Shown here one piece after another: positions 47,049 through 63,327 of a stretch of DNA of 64,000 nucleotides. A program made the translations under genes and the position numbers. Each line of letters begins with the position of its first letter. The first letter of the stretch is position 1. This stretch comes from the human T2T-CHM13v2.0 reference genome, Homo sapiens, in NCBI RefSeq assembly GCF_009914755.1, contig NC_060943.1, one strand, 5' to 3'. Below the pieces are notes generated by a model that saw only the letters and a program-made list of their open reading frames with translations, did no database searches and was not told the DNA's origin.

Positions 47049-47133
47049 CTCAAGCTGTGACTCTCCAGAGGGATGCACTTTCTCTTATGTGAAAAAAAAG
47101 AAGGCGCTTCCCTTTAGAGCGTTACGGTTTGGG
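47049..47133 (+). ncRNA. MIR525: pre-miRNA hsa-mir-525
   Basis: 5p CTCCAGAGGGATGCACTTTCT; 3p GAAGGCGCTTCCCTTTAGAGCG. Confidence 0.95.
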
Positions 47134-47344
47134 TAAAGCAACGTTGAAGTTGATGCTGATCTTGGTAATATATTTGCAGAGCACGCTTATAATTAAGACT
47201 TGGATGATGGTGGGTTTCTGTTTTGTTTTTTGTTTTAAATCAGAGTCTCACTCTGTCATCCAGGCTGGAGTGCAATGGCGCAATCTCGGCTCACTGCAAC
47301 TTCCCCCTCCTGGATTCTCCTGCCTCAGCCTCCTGAGTAGCTAG

Positions 47345-47635
<291 letters not shown>

Positions 47636-47891
47636 TGAAATATAAGGTATGTCTAGTAGTCATTGCTTTTTCTCTTTGGAGACAAAACTCAGGAGGATTG
47701 CCCCTTGATGAACAAGGCTAACCTGCTGAGCCTTTGAAACAAGGAACTGGAGATGGTCCTTTCAGGGGTTTATATTCTGGATTCCAGAAAACATGCAAAC
47801 AGGGCCAGTAAATGCATCTTTATTTTTGTGTTCATTTTAACCTGGTCAAGGAAAATTGCTACAAAAAACCCAGGGTGCTGGAGCAAGAAGA

Positions 47892-47978
47892 TCTCATGCT
47901 GTGACCCTCTAGAGGGAAGCGCTTTCTGTTGTCTGAAAGAAAAGAACGCGCTTCCCTATAGAGGGTTACCCTTTGAGA
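47892..47978 (+). ncRNA. MIR523: pre-miRNA hsa-mir-523
   Basis: 3p GAACGCGCTTCCCTATAGAGGGT. Confidence 0.95.
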
Positions 47979-48132
47979 AAAGCAGCATTGAAGTTGATGC
48001 TGATCTTGCTAATACATTTGCAGAGCATGCTTATCATCAGACTTGGATGAAGGTGGGGTTCTGTTTTTTTTTTTTTTTCTAAGACAGGATCTCTGTTGCC
48101 CAGGCTGGAATGTGGTGGCACTTCCAACCTAG

Positions 48133-48504
<372 letters not shown>

Positions 48505-49472
48505 TAATTTTTTGTATTTTTAGTAGAGACAGGGTTTCACCATGTTGGTCAGGCTGGTCTCGAACTCCCGACCTCTGGTGATCTTCCCGCCTTGGCCTCC
48601 GAAAGTGCTGGGATTGCAGGCATTAGCCACCCCGCCCGGCCATTATATATTCTTATATATATAATACCATATACGTGCAAAATACTCTTCTACATGAAGA
48701 GAATACTCTTATATCACTTTGGGGTTTTTTTTGTTTGTTTGCGTGAGTGTATGCTTTATTTGTTTTTGGATAAGGTCTGGCTCTGTCACCCAGTCTAGAG
48801 TGCAGTTGTGCCATCTCTCTCAGCTCACTGCGACTTCTACCTCCCACCTAAGCCTGCTGAATTAGTGTCTACAGGCATGCACCACCACACCTGGCTCCGT
48901 TTTGTATTTTTTATACACATGGGCTTACACCATGTTGCCGAGACTGGTCTCGAACACCTGAGCTCAGGTGATACTTCAGTTTCAGCCTCCTAATGTGCTG
49001 GGATTAGAGGTGTGAGCCACCGTGCCCCACTTGTAGTTGTGTGTTTCTGTTCAAATTTTATTGAGGAGTTTTTAGGGCCTAGCCTGTGATCTACCCTGGA
49101 GGATGTTTGTGTGTACAACAATGTATATTCTTTAACATCGTAGATTCCATTTTGGATGCTCCCATCGGGACTGTGTGTCCCTGTGCTGGAACTCTGGTGA
49201 ACACCTGGCTCAATATCCATTTCTCTTCTCTAGAAATCCAGCCCAGTTCTCTTGGTTAAATATAAGGTACATATGTCTATGAGGCATTGCTTTTGCTCTT
49301 TGAGAACAAAACTCAGGAGGATTGCTCTTTGATGAACAAAGCTAACCTGCTGATCCTTTGAAGCAAGGAACTGGAGATGGTCCTTTTAGGGGTTTATATT
49401 CTGGATTCCAGAAAACATGCAAACAGGGCCAATAAATGCATCTTTATTTTTGTGTCCATTTTAACCGGGTGA

Positions 49473-49967
<495 letters not shown>

Positions 49968-50727
49968 TGAGACAGAGTCTTACTCTTTCGCCCAGGCTGG
50001 AGTGCAGTGGTGCAATCTCGGCTCACTGCAACCTCCAACTCCCACCTCAGCCTCCTGAATAGCTGTCTACAGGCATGCACCACCACACCTGGCTAACTTT
50101 TGTATTTTTTGTACAGACATGGTTTCTCCATGTTGCCTGGGCTGGTCTTGAACTCCTGAACTCAAGTGATCCTCCCACCTCGGCCTCCTAAAGTGCTGTG
50201 ATTAGAGGTATGAGCCACCGTGCCCCACCTGTACTTGTGTGTTTCTGCTCAGATTTTATTGGGGAGCTTTTATGGTATAGCCTGTGGTCTCTCTGGAGAA
50301 TGTTTGTGTCTATGACAATGTATATTCTTCAGTATGTTATGTTCCATTTTGGATGCTTGCATGGGGACTGTGTGTCCCTGTACTGAAACTCAGGTGAACA
50401 CTTGGCTCTCCGTCCATTGCTGTTCTCTAGAAATCCAGCCCAGTTCCCTTGGTTAAAGATAAGGTATGTCTAGCAGGTATTGCTCTTTCTCTTGCAGACA
50501 AAACTCAGGAGGATTGCCCCTTGATAAACAAGGCTAACCTGCTGATTCTTTGAAGGAAGGAACTGGAGATTGTCCTTTTAGGGGTTTATATTCTGGATTC
50601 CAGAAAACACACAAATAGAAAACAGGGCAAATAAATGCATCTTTCTTTTCGAGTCCATTTTAACCTGGTTAAGGAAGATTCCAACAAAAAATCCACGGTG
50701 CCACAGCAAGAAGATGTCAGGCTGTGT

Positions 50728-50788
50728 CCCTCTACAGGGAAGCGCTTTCTGTTGTCTGAAAGAAAAGAAAGTGCTTCCTTTTAGAGGG
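50728..50788 (+). ncRNA. MIR520B: pre-miRNA hsa-mir-520b
   Basis: CCCTCTACAGGGAAGCGCTTTC...AAAGTGCTTCCTTTTAGAGGG. Confidence 0.93.
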
Positions 50789-52237
50789 TTACCGTTTAAG
50801 AAAAGCAACGTTTAGGTGGATGCTGATCTTGGCAATAATACATTTGCAGAGCATGCTTATCATCAGAGTTGGATGATGGTGGGGTTCTGTTTTTTTGTTT
50901 TTTTTTTTCTGAGACAGAGTGTCTATTGCCCAGGCTGGAGTGCAGTGGCACTTTTAACCTAGATCTCTTGGGCTCAAGTGGTCCTGTTTTTTGGGATAAT
51001 CTCACACTGTGACCCAGTCCGGAGTACAGTGGCATGAACACCACTCATTGCACGCTTTGCCTCCCAGGTTCAAGCCATTCTTATGACCCAGCTTCCAGAG
51101 CAGCTGGGATTACAGGCATGAGCCACCACACTGGCTAATTTTTGTATTTTTAATAGAGATGGGGTTCACCATGTTGGCCAGGCTGGTCTCCAACTACTGA
51201 CCTCATGATCCACCCACCTCGGCCTTCCAAAGTGCTAGGATTATAGACGTGAGCCACTGTGCCCGGCCAACACAGAGAATACTCTTATATCACTTTGGGG
51301 TTGTTTCTGTTTGTGTATTTTTTAAATATCTTTTGAGACACCGTCTGGCGCTATTACCTAGGTTGGAGTGCAGTGTTGTGACCTCGGTTCACAGCAACCT
51401 CTACCTCCCAGCTGAGCCTCCTGAGTTAGCATCTGCAGGCATGAACCACAACACCTGGTAACCTTTGTATTTTTGGACACGTGAGGTTTCACCATGTTGC
51501 CCAGGCTAGTCTTGAACTCCTGAGCTCAAGTAATCCTCCTGCCTCCGACTCCTAAAGTGCTGGGATTACAGGTGTGAGCCACTGCACCCCACCTGTACTT
51601 GTGTATTTCTGTTCAAATTTTATTGAGGAGCTTTTACGGCCTAGACAGTGGTCTATCCTGGAGAATGTTTGTGTGTATGACAATGTATATTCTTTTTTTT
51701 TATTTTTATTTTTTGGAGACGGAGTCTCACTCTGTCACCCAGGCTGGAGTGCAATGGCATGATCTCGGTTCACTGAAACCTCTGCCTCCTGGGTTCCAGC
51801 GATCCTCCTGTCTCAGCCTGCTGAGTAGCTAGGATTACAGGTGGGCGCCTGGCTAATTTAGATTCCATTTTGGATGCTCCCATCGGGACTGTGTGTCCCT
51901 ATGTTGGAACTCAGGTGAACGCTTGGCTCAAAAATCCATTGCTGTTCTCTAGAAATCCTGCCTAATTCTCTTGGTTAAAGATAAGGTATATGTAGCAGGC
52001 ATTGCTTTTTCTCTTTGGGGACAAAACTCAGGAGGATTGCGCCTTGATGAACAAGGCTAACCTGCTGAGCCTTTGAAGCAAGGAACTGGAGATGGTCCTT
52101 TTAGGGGTTTATGTTCTGGATTCCAGAAAACATGCAAACAGGGCAAATAAATGCATCTTTATTTTGTGTCCATTTTAACCTGGTCAAGGAAAATTCCAAC
52201 AGCAACAACAAAAAACCAGTGTTGGAGCAAGAATATG

Positions 52238-52320
52238 TCATGCTGTGGCCCTCCAGAGGGAAGCGCTTTCTGTTGTCTGAAAGAAAACAAAGCGCTCCCC
52301 TTTAGAGGTTTACGGTTTGA
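52238..52320 (+). ncRNA. MIR518B: pre-miRNA hsa-mir-518b
   Basis: 3p CAAAGCGCTCCCCTTTAGAGGT. Confidence 0.95.
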
Positions 52321-55300
52321 GTAAAGCAGCGTTGAAGTTGATGCTGATCTTGGTAATACATTTGCAGAGCGTGCTTATCATCAGACGTGGACGATGGTGG
52401 GGTTCTGTTTTGGTTTTGTTTTTTTCTAAGACAGGGTCTCCGTTGCCCAGACTGGAGTGCGGTGGCACTTCTACCTAGATCTCTTGGGCTCAGATGGTCT
52501 TCTTTTTATTTCATTTTTTTAATTGTTTGAGATGGAGTCTCACTCTGTCACCCAGGCTGGAGTACAGTGGCAGGATCTCCACAACTACAGCCTCCCAGGT
52601 TCCAGACATTCTCCCACCTCAGCCTCCCGAGTAGCTGGAATTATAAGCACCCACCGCCATGCCCTGCTTTTTGTATTTTTAGACAAGAAAGGGTTTCACC
52701 ATATTGGCCAGGCTCATCTCAACTCTTGCCCTTAAGTAATCCTCCTCCCTGGCCTCCCAAAGTGCTGAGATTACAGGCGTGAGCCACCGCGCCCAGCCTC
52801 AAGTGGTCCTCTTGAGTCAGCCTCTCAAGTAGTTGGGACTACGTGGGGCGTGCCACCATACTTGGCTAAGTTTTTAATTTTTGGTACAATTGGGGTCTCT
52901 TTTGCCCAGGATAGTCTCATCTCCACAGCTTATGCGGTCCTACACGTGTGAGCCACCTCGTCTTGATGACCCATTTCAAAGAGAGTTGACATGGCCAGGC
53001 ATTGTGGGGCACACAGTCCCAGCCACTGCAGAGGCCAGGGTCGGAGGGACCTTTGATTTCCAGACTGTACCATGCACTGATCACACCTTCGAATAGCCAC
53101 TGCGCTCCAGCCTGGGCCAACATAGCAAGATCCCATCTCTTTAAAAACAGATTACATGGCACCTGGTTACAGAGGCTCCATTTGGGTTGGTTATTTGAAA
53201 TGGGTCTCCCATCAATTTAGTGTAATCAATCGAAATCATTTCCTTCATTAAGAGAGTAAGTAGCCGGGGCATGGTCCCTCATGCCTGTAATCCCAGCACT
53301 GTGGGAGGCAAAGGCAGGCGGATCGCCTGAGGTCAGGAGTTCAAGACCAGCCTGGCCAATATGGTGAAACCCCATCACTACTAAAAATACAAAAATTAGC
53401 CGGGCGTGGTGGCGTGAACCTAGGAGGCTGAGGTTGCAGTGAGCTGAGATTGCGCCATTGCACTCCAACCTGGGCGACTGAGCTGGACTCTGACTTAAAA
53501 AAAAGGTAAGTAAGCCTTCAAGTCTATCCAATCTTAATTTGTAATCTCAAATGGATGTCCATATTAACAAAATTTTCTTGTTTTTCCTGTTTGTGTCTTT
53601 TTAGTTTAATCTTCTTGTCCTTGACACTGAAATTTTTTTCTCTCCAACAACTTGCCGTCGTTTCTCGGAATAGAGCTGCTTTCTCTGCAGGAAGGGTGTA
53701 GTTGATTCAACCGCCACCCACTCACGCCAGCCCCGGTGAGTTCTTTGACTGCAGCTTCCCTGATTATGCTATTTTCTTCGGGTAATGAACCCAAGGTACC
53801 TCGCATTTAAAGGCTAGTTGCTTGGTAAGCTGTGAAATGTTTGCTGTGGCTAATATGAGAAACAAACTATGGTAGACAAGATGAGTCTCAGTGGCAGTGA
53901 TAATTGTCACATGGGACAAAACCACAGATACTTTTCACAAAAACCTTGAGGACCCTAGAAGGGCCTCTCTAGTAACAGGTGGGATGCGCCGCAGCTCTCG
54001 TTGTTGCCGTAGTGAGCGATGCCTGTTCGTCCAGCCCTCAACACCTTTTACTCCGTGGAAGTTATGCCTGCACTGGTTTACAGAACCTCCCTTGACTTGG
54101 GTTGAGGTAGAGCTGAAGGGAACCTCAGTGTCCCTTGCAGGTGGGATGTTCACTACGTAGCAAGAGCACAAAGGTGGAGTGCGTGGGCTTTGAGTTTCTA
54201 TTGGGTAAATGAAGCTGAAATGTAGGGCACATGAGCACGTCATCAATGTACAATTGATTTAATTTTTGTATTTTAGAAACGGAGGTCTCGCTATGCCGCC
54301 CAGGGTAGAATGTGCTCTCTCCCTCTCCTCTTCCTAGTATCTGGGACTACAGGTGAATATTTTAATCTATGCACAGGCAAGAAGAGGGCAAGGAGGGTTC
54401 TTTTGTTCTGTCTTTGACTTTGTGAGGCAGTGTCACTCTGTCACTCAAGCTGGAGTGCAATAATGTGATCTCGGCTCACTGCAACCTCTGCCTCCTGGGT
54501 TCAAGCAATTTTTTTTTTTTTTTTTTGAGTCAGTATCTCACTCTGTCCCTCAGGGTGGAGTGCAGCGGCCCAGTCTCTGCTCCTGCAACTTCTGACTCCC
54601 AAGTAGGTACAATTGCAGACACGTGTCACCACGCTTGGCAAAATTTTTTTTGTATTTTTAGAGCTGGGATTTTACCTTGTTGGCGAGGCTGGTCTGGAAC
54701 TCCTGACCTCAGGTGACTCGCCCACCTCGGCCTCCCAACAAGTTATGCTGATCTTGGTAATAACTTCGCAGAGCGTGCTTCCATCAGACATGGAGGATGG
54801 TGGGGTCCTGTTTTGTTGTTGTTGTTTTTCTAAGATAGGGTCTCTTGCCCAGGCTGGAGTGTGTTGGCACTTCCAACCTAGGTGTCTTGGGCTCAAATGG
54901 TCCTCTTTTTTCGGACAGTCTTGCTCTGTGACCCATGCTGGAGTGTAGTGACGTGATCTCAGCTCACTGCAACCTCCACCTCCCAGTTTTAGGCAGTTCT
55001 CCTGCCTCACATTCCTGAGTAGCTGGGATTATAGGTGCCTGACACCATGCCTGGCTAATATTTGCATGTTATTTATTCATGTATTTATTTGTTTTGAGAT
55101 GGAGTCTCACTGTCACTCAGGCCAGAGGGCAGTGGCAGGACCTCGGCTCACTCAAACCTTTGCCTCTCAGGTTCAAGCAAGTCTTCTGCCTCAACCTCCT
55201 GAGTAGCTGGAATCACAGGCACCCGTCACCACGCCCGGTTACTTTTGTATTTTTTTTTTCACCATGTTGGCCAGGCTGGTCTGAAACCCCTGACTTCATG

Positions 55301-55755
55301 TGAGCCGCCCGCCTCAGCCACCCAAAGTGGTGGGATTACAGGCATAAGCCACTGCGCCCGGCCAACAATGTATATTTTTCAACATGGGAGATTCAGTTTT
55401 GAATGCTCCCATCGGGACTGTGTGTCCCTGTGCTGGAACTCAAGTGAACGCTTGGCTCAAAATCCATTGCTGTTCTCTAGAAATCCAGCCCAATTCTCTT
55501 GGTTAAATGTAAGGTATGTGTAGTAGGCAATGCTTTTTCTGGAGACAGAACTCAGGAGGATTGTCCCTCGATGATCTAGGCTAACCTGCTGAGACTTTGA
55601 AGCAAGGAACTGGAGATGGTCCTTTTAGGGTTTTATGTTCTGGATTCCAGAAAACATGCAAACAGGGCCAATAAATGCATCCTCATTTTTGTGTCCATTT
55701 TAACCTGGTGAAGGAAAATTCCAACAAAAAACCCACAGTGCTGGAGCAAGAAGAG

Positions 55756-55840
55756 CTCAGGCTGTGACCCTCTAGAGGGAAGCACTTTCTGTTGCTTGAA
55801 AGAAGAGAAAGCGCTTCCTTTTAGAGGATTACTCTTTGAG
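55756..55840 (+). ncRNA. MIR526A1: pre-miRNA hsa-mir-526a-1
   Basis: 5p CTCTAGAGGGAAGCACTTTCTG, loop TTGCTTGAAAGAAGA; cluster order. Confidence 0.9.
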
Positions 55841-56043
55841 AAAAACAACATTGAAGTTAATGCTGATCTTGGAGATCATGCTTATAATCAGACTTGGATG
55901 ATGTTGGGGTTTTGTGGGGTTTTTTTGGTTTTTTTTCCTAAGACAGGGTGTCTGTTGCCCAGGCTGGAGTATGGTGGCCCCTCCAACCTAGATCTCTTGG
56001 GTTCAAGTGGCCCTCTTTTTTGGGACAGAGTCTTGCTCTGTGA

Positions 56044-56214
<171 letters not shown>

Positions 56215-56956
56215 TAGAGACAGAGTCTCACTCTGTCGCCCAGGCTGGAGTGCAGTGGTGCGATCTCGGCTCACTGCAACCTCCAACTCCCAGCTCAGCC
56301 TCCTGAATAGCTGTCTGCAGGCATACACCACCACACCTGGCTAACTTTTGGTTTTTTTGTACAGATGTGGTTTCCCCATGTTGCCCAGGTTGGTCTCGAA
56401 CTCCTTAGCTCAGGTGATCTTCCACCTTGGCCTCCTAAAGTGCTAGGATTAGTGGTGTGAGCTGTTGTGCCCCACCTATACTCGTCTGTTTCTGCTCAGA
56501 TTTTATTGAGGAGCGTTTACAGGGTAGCCTGTTGTCTACCCTGCAGGATGTTTGTGCCTACAACAGTGTATATTCTTCAACATCTTAGATTCCATTTCGG
56601 ATGCCCCCATGAGGACTGTGCGCTCCTGTACTGGAACTCAAGCGACCACTTGGCTCAAAATCCATTGCTATTCTCTAGAAATCCAGCCCAATTCTCTTGG
56701 TTAAAGATAAGGTATGTGTAGTAGGCATTGCCTTTTCTCTTTGGGGACAAAACTCAGGAGGATTGCCCCTTGATGAACAAGGCTAACCTGCTGATTCTTT
56801 GAAGCAAAGAACTGCAGATGGTCCTTTTAGGGATTTATGCTCTGGATTCCAGAAAACATGCAAACAGGGCAAATAAATGCATCTTTATTTTTGCGTCCAT
56901 TTTAACCTGGTCAAGGAAGATTCCCACAAAAAATCCACAGTGCCAGAGCAAGAAGA

Positions 56957-57043
56957 TCTCAGGCTGTCGTCCTCTAGAGGGAAGCACTTTCTGTTGTCTG
57001 AAAGAAAAGAAAGTGCTTCCTTTTAGAGGGTTACCGTTTGAGA
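56957..57043 (+). ncRNA. MIR520C: pre-miRNA hsa-mir-520c
   Basis: TCTCAGGCTGTCGTCCTCTAGAGG...3p AAAGTGCTTCCTTTTAGAGGGT. Confidence 0.94.
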
Positions 57044-57636
57044 AAAGCAACATTGAAGTTGATGCTGATCTTGGTAATACATTTTCAGAGCATGCTTATC
57101 ATCAGAGATGGATGATGGTGGGCTTCTGTTTTTGTTTTGATTTTTTCTTTTTTTTTTTTTTGAGATGGAGTTTCGTTCTTGCTGCCCAAGCACTAGTATG
57201 TAGGAATTATTCTTTATGTGAGCATATAGTACATGGAACTTTGTTTTTTTGAGACAGGGTCTCCAAAATATATACATGTTATCATATAATCTTCTATGTA
57301 TAATTATATTCACACAAAATAGTCTTCTGCACACAGAGAATACTCTTATATCACTTTGGGGTTGTTTTTGTTGGTGTATTTTTTTTTTTTTTTTAATTTT
57401 TTTTGAGACACCATCTGGCTCTATTGCCCAGGCTGGAGTGCAGTGTTGTGACCTCAACTCACTGCAGCCTCTACCTCCCACCTCAGCCTCCTGAATTAGT
57501 GTCTACAGGCATGAACCACTACACCTGGCTATCTTTTGTATTTTTACAGATGAGGTTTTACTATGTTGGGCAGGCTAGTTTTGAACTCGAGCTCATGTAA
57601 TTTTCCCGCCTTCGACTCCTAAAGTGCTGGGATTAG

Positions 57637-57963
<327 letters not shown>

Positions 57964-58240
57964 TGACTCAATCCATTGCTGTTCTCTAGAAATCCACCTC
58001 AATTCTCTTGGTTAAAGGTAAGGTATGTGTAGTGGGCATTGCTTTTTCTCCTTGGAGACAAAACTTAGGAGGATTCCCCTTGATGAACAAGGCTAATCTG
58101 CTGAGCCTGGAGATTGTCCTTTTAGAGGTTTATGTTCTGGATTCCAGAAAACGGGCAAACAGCGAATAAATGCATCTTTATATTTGTGTCCATCTTAACC
58201 TGGTCAAGGAAAATTTCAACAAAAATCCCAGATGGCTGGA

Positions 58241-58341
58241 GCGAGAAGATCTCATGCTGTGACTCTCTGGAGGGAAGCACTTTCTGTTGTCTGAAAGAAA
58301 ACAAAGCGCTTCTCTTTAGAGTGTTACGGTTTGAGAAAAGC
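58241..58341 (+). ncRNA. MIR518C: pre-miRNA hsa-mir-518c
   Basis: 5p TCTCTGGAGGGAAGCACTTTCTG; 3p CAAAGCGCTTCTCTTTAGAGTGT. Confidence 0.94.
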
Positions 58342-58531
58342 AACGTTGAAGTTGATGCTGATCTTGGTAATACATTCGCAGAGCATGCTTATCAGGCTTG
58401 GATGACGGCAGGGTTCTGTTTTGGTTTTATTTTTTTCCAAGACCAGTCTCTGTTGCCCAGGCTGGAGAGGGAGGGGTTGCACTCCAAACTAGATCTCTTG
58501 GGGTCATGTCTTGCTCTATTATTATTATTAA

Positions 58532-58657
<126 letters not shown>

Positions 58658-59615
58658 TGAGTAGCTGGGATTACAGGCACCCACCGCCATGCCGAGCTAA
58701 TTTTTGTATTTTTAGTAGAGACCGGGTTTCACCACGTTGGCCGGGATGGTCTCAAACTCCTGACCTCATGATCCACCCGCCTCGGCCTCCCAAAGTGCTG
58801 GGATTACAGGTGTGAGCCTCCGTGCCCAGCCCGTTATTTTATTTTGTTTTATTTTATTTATTTTATTTTATTTTGAGATGGAGACTGGCTCTGTCGCCCA
58901 GGCTGGAATGCAGTGGCAGGATCTCCACTCACTGTAACTCCCACCTCTGTCGCCCAGGCTGGAGTGCAGTGGCAGGATCTCCACTCACCGTGGAGTTCCA
59001 GTGATTCTTTCACCTTAGCCTCGCAAGTAGCTGGTATTACAAGCACCCACCAACACACCCTGCCAATTTTTGTATTTTTAGACGAGAAAGGGTTTCACCA
59101 TGTTGGCCAGGCTGGTCTCGACTCCTGACCTTAAGTGATCCACCTCCCTGGCCTCCCAAAGTGCTGGGATTACAGGCGTGAGCCACCACGTCCAGCCTCA
59201 AGTGGTCTTCTTGTCAGCCTCGCAAGTAGTTGGGCTCAGGTTTTAATTTTTGGTAGAGATGGGGTCTCTTTTGCCTGGGATGGTCTCAGCTGAGCTTAAG
59301 TGATCCTAAATGTGTGAGCCACCTTGTCCCATTTCAAAGATAGGTGACACGGCCAGGCATCCTGGGACACACAGGGTCCCAGTTACTGCAAAGGCTAGGG
59401 TGGGAGGGTCCTTTGATTTTAAGGCTATACCATGCACTGATCACACCTTTGAATAGCCACTGCACTCCGGCCTGGGCCACATAGCAAGATCCCATCTCTT
59501 TAAAAACGCAGATTACATGCCATCTGGTTCCTGAGGCTCCATTTGGGTTGGTCACTTCAAATACAGGCCTTTCATCAGTTTAGTTTAATCAATCCAAACC
59601 ATGTTTCCTTCATTA

Positions 59616-59954
<339 letters not shown>

Positions 59955-60502
59955 TCAATATTAATACAATGTTCTTATTTTTTCTATTTATTTGTGTCTT
60001 TTTAGTTGAATCTCCTTGTCCCTGACACTAAATTTTTTTTATTTTTATTTATTTATTTTTTTTGAAACAGTCTTGCTCTGTCGCCCAGGCTGCAGTACAG
60101 TGGCGCAATCTCGGCTTACTGTAGCCTCTGTCTCCCGGGTTCCAGTGATTCTCCTTCCCCAACTCCCGGGTAACTGGGATTTTCAGGCACACACCACCAC
60201 CCCAGCTAATTTTTTTGTACGTTTAGTAGAGACAGGGTTTCACCATATTGGGCAGGCTGGCCTTGAACTCCTGAACTAAGGTGATCCGCCCACCTCGGCC
60301 TCCCAAAGTGCTGGGATTAGGGATAAGGCTAACCTGCTTATTCTTTGTAGCAAGGAACTGGAGATGGTCATTTTAGGGGTTTATGTTCTGGATTCCAGAA
60401 AACATGCAAACAGGGCCAATAAATGCATCCTCATTTTTGTGTCCATTTTAACCTGGGCAAGGAAAATTCCAACAAAAAACCCAGAGTTCTGGAGCAAGAA
60501 GA

Positions 60503-60589
60503 TCTCATGCTGTGACCCTACAAAGGGAAGCACTTTCTCTTGTCCAAAGGAAAAGAAGGCGCTTCCCTTTGGAGTGTTACGGTTTGAGA
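60503..60589 (+). ncRNA. MIR524: pre-miRNA hsa-mir-524
   Basis: 5p CTACAAAGGGAAGCACTTTCTC; 3p GAAGGCGCTTCCCTTTGGAGT. Confidence 0.95.
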
Positions 60590-60749
60590 AAAGCAGCGTT
60601 GAAGTTGATGCTTATCTCGGTAATACATTTGTAGAGCATGCTTATCATGAGGCTTGGACGATGGCGGGGTTCTGTTTTGGTTTTGCTTTTTTATTCTAAG
60701 ACAGGATCTCTGTTGCCCAGGCTGGAGTGCGGTGGCACATCCAACCTAG

Positions 60750-61073
<324 letters not shown>

Positions 61074-61768
61074 TAGAATTACGGGAGCCCACCACCACAC
61101 CTGGCTACTTTTTGTTTTTTGTTTTTTGTTTTTTTTTTAGTAGAGATGGGATTTCACCATGTTTGCCAGGCTGGTCTCAAACCCCTGACCTCAAGTTAGC
61201 CACCGGCCTCTGCCTCCCAAAGTGCTGGGATTACAGGCATGAGCCCCCACGCCTGGCCTAATTTTTATATTTTCAGCAGAGGCGGGGTTTCACCATGTTG
61301 GCCAGGCTGGTTGCGAACTCCTGACCTCAGGTGATCAGCCCACCTCAGCCTCCCAAAGTGCTAAGATTACAGGCGTGAGCCACCACACATGGCCATTAAC
61401 ACCTTTTAGTCCATGGAAATTATTCTGGCACTGATTTATAAAGCCTCATGTGGGGTCAGGTAGAGTCAAAGGGGGACCTCAGTGTCCCTTGCAGATGGGA
61501 TGTGCTCAGCAAGAGCACGGAGGTGGAGTGCATGGGGTTTGAGTTTTCACTGGGGAAATGAAACCAACATCTTGGGTGCATGACCAGGTCATATATGCAG
61601 TCATATATGCAATATGCATGGTGGTGGGTGCCTCTAATCCCAGCTACTCAGGAGGCTGACGCAGAAGAATCGCTTGAACCCAGGAGGCAGAAGTTGCCAT
61701 GAGCCGAGATCCCACCACCGCATCCAGCCTGGGCGGCAGAGTGAGACTCCGTGTCAAAAAAAAGAAGA

Positions 61769-61855
61769 TCTCAGGCAGTGACCCTCTAGATGGAAGCACT
61801 GTCTGTTGTATAAAAGAAAAGATCGTGCATCCCTTTAGAGTGTTACTGTTTGAGA
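61769..61855 (+). ncRNA. MIR517A: pre-miRNA hsa-mir-517a
   Basis: 3p ATCGTGCATCCCTTTAGAGTGT; 5p CCTCTAGATGGAAGCACTGTCT. Confidence 0.94.
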
Positions 61856-62847
61856 CAAGCAACGTTGAAGATGCTGCTGATCTTGGTAATACATTTGCAG
61901 AGCGTGCTTATCATCAGACTTGCATGATGTCGGGGTTCTGTTTGTGATTTGAAATTTTTCCAAGACAGGCTTTCTATTGCCCAGGCGTGGGTGGATAGCA
62001 CCTTCCACCAAGATTTCTTGGGCTTAAGTGGTCCTCTTTTTATTTTTTGATTTTTTGAGACACACTCTTGTTTCGTTGGGAGTGCAGTAGCAGGATCTCT
62101 GCTCACCGGAAACTCCACCTCTCGGGTTCCAGTGATTCTCCCACCTCAGCCTGCCGAATTGTTGGGAATTCAGGCATCAGGCACCCACCATCGTGTCCTG
62201 CACTCTTGCTGCCCATCCTGGAGAGCACTGGCATGATCTAGGCTCACTGCAACCTCCGCCTCCTGGGTTCGAGTGATGCTTCTGCCTCAGCCTCCCAGGT
62301 AGTTGGGATTACAGGCACCTACTGCCCCACCCAGCTAATTTTTATGTTTTTAGTAGAGACGGGTTTCACCATGTTGGCCAGGCTAGTCTTGAACTCCCGC
62401 TTTCAGGTGATCCACTAGCCTGTGGTCTATCCTGGAGGATGTTTGTGTGTGTGACAATGTATATTCTTCAACATCTTAGACTCCATTTTGGATGCTCCCA
62501 TCGGAACTATGTATCCCTGTGCTGGAACTCAAGTGAACACTCGGCTCAAAGTCCATTGCTGTTCTCTAGAAATCCAGCCCAGTTCTCTTGGTTAAATATA
62601 AGGTATGTGTAGTAGGCATTGCTTTTTCTCTTTAGAGGCAAAACTCAGGAGGGTTGCCCCTTGATGAACAAGGCTAACCTGCTGAGCCTTTGAAGAAAGG
62701 AACTGGAGATGGTCCTTTTAGGGGTTTATGTTCTGGATTCTAGAAAACAGGCAAACAGGGCCAATAAATGCATCTTTATTGTTGTGGCCATTTTAACCTG
62801 GTCAAGGAAGATTTCAACAAAAAACCCAGAGTGCTGGAGCAAGAAGA

Positions 62848-62935
62848 TCCCATGCTGTGACCCTCCAAAGGGAAGCGCTTTCTGTTTGTTTTCTCTTAAA
62901 CAAAGTGCCTCCCTTTAGAGTGTTACCGTTTGGGA
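62848..62935 (+). ncRNA. MIR519D: pre-miRNA hsa-mir-519d
   Basis: 3p CAAAGTGCCTCCCTTTAGAGTG. Confidence 0.94.
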
Positions 62936-63219
62936 AAAGCCACGTTGAAGATGATGCTGATCTTGGTAATACATTTGCAGACCATGCTTGTAATCAGACT
63001 TGGATGATGTTGGGAGTCTGTTTTTTTGTTTGTTTGTTTGGTTGGTTTTTTTGTTTGTTAGGTTTTTGTTTTTTGTTTTGGTGTGTGTGTTTTGTTTTGT
63101 GTTTTTTTTTTTTTCTAAGACAAGGTCTCTGTTGCCCAGGAGAGACTAGAGAAGCACTTTTTAAGATAGGCCTGTTGGGCTCAGATGGTCCTTTTATGGG
63201 ATACAGTCTTGCTCTGTGA

Positions 63220-63327
<108 letters not shown>

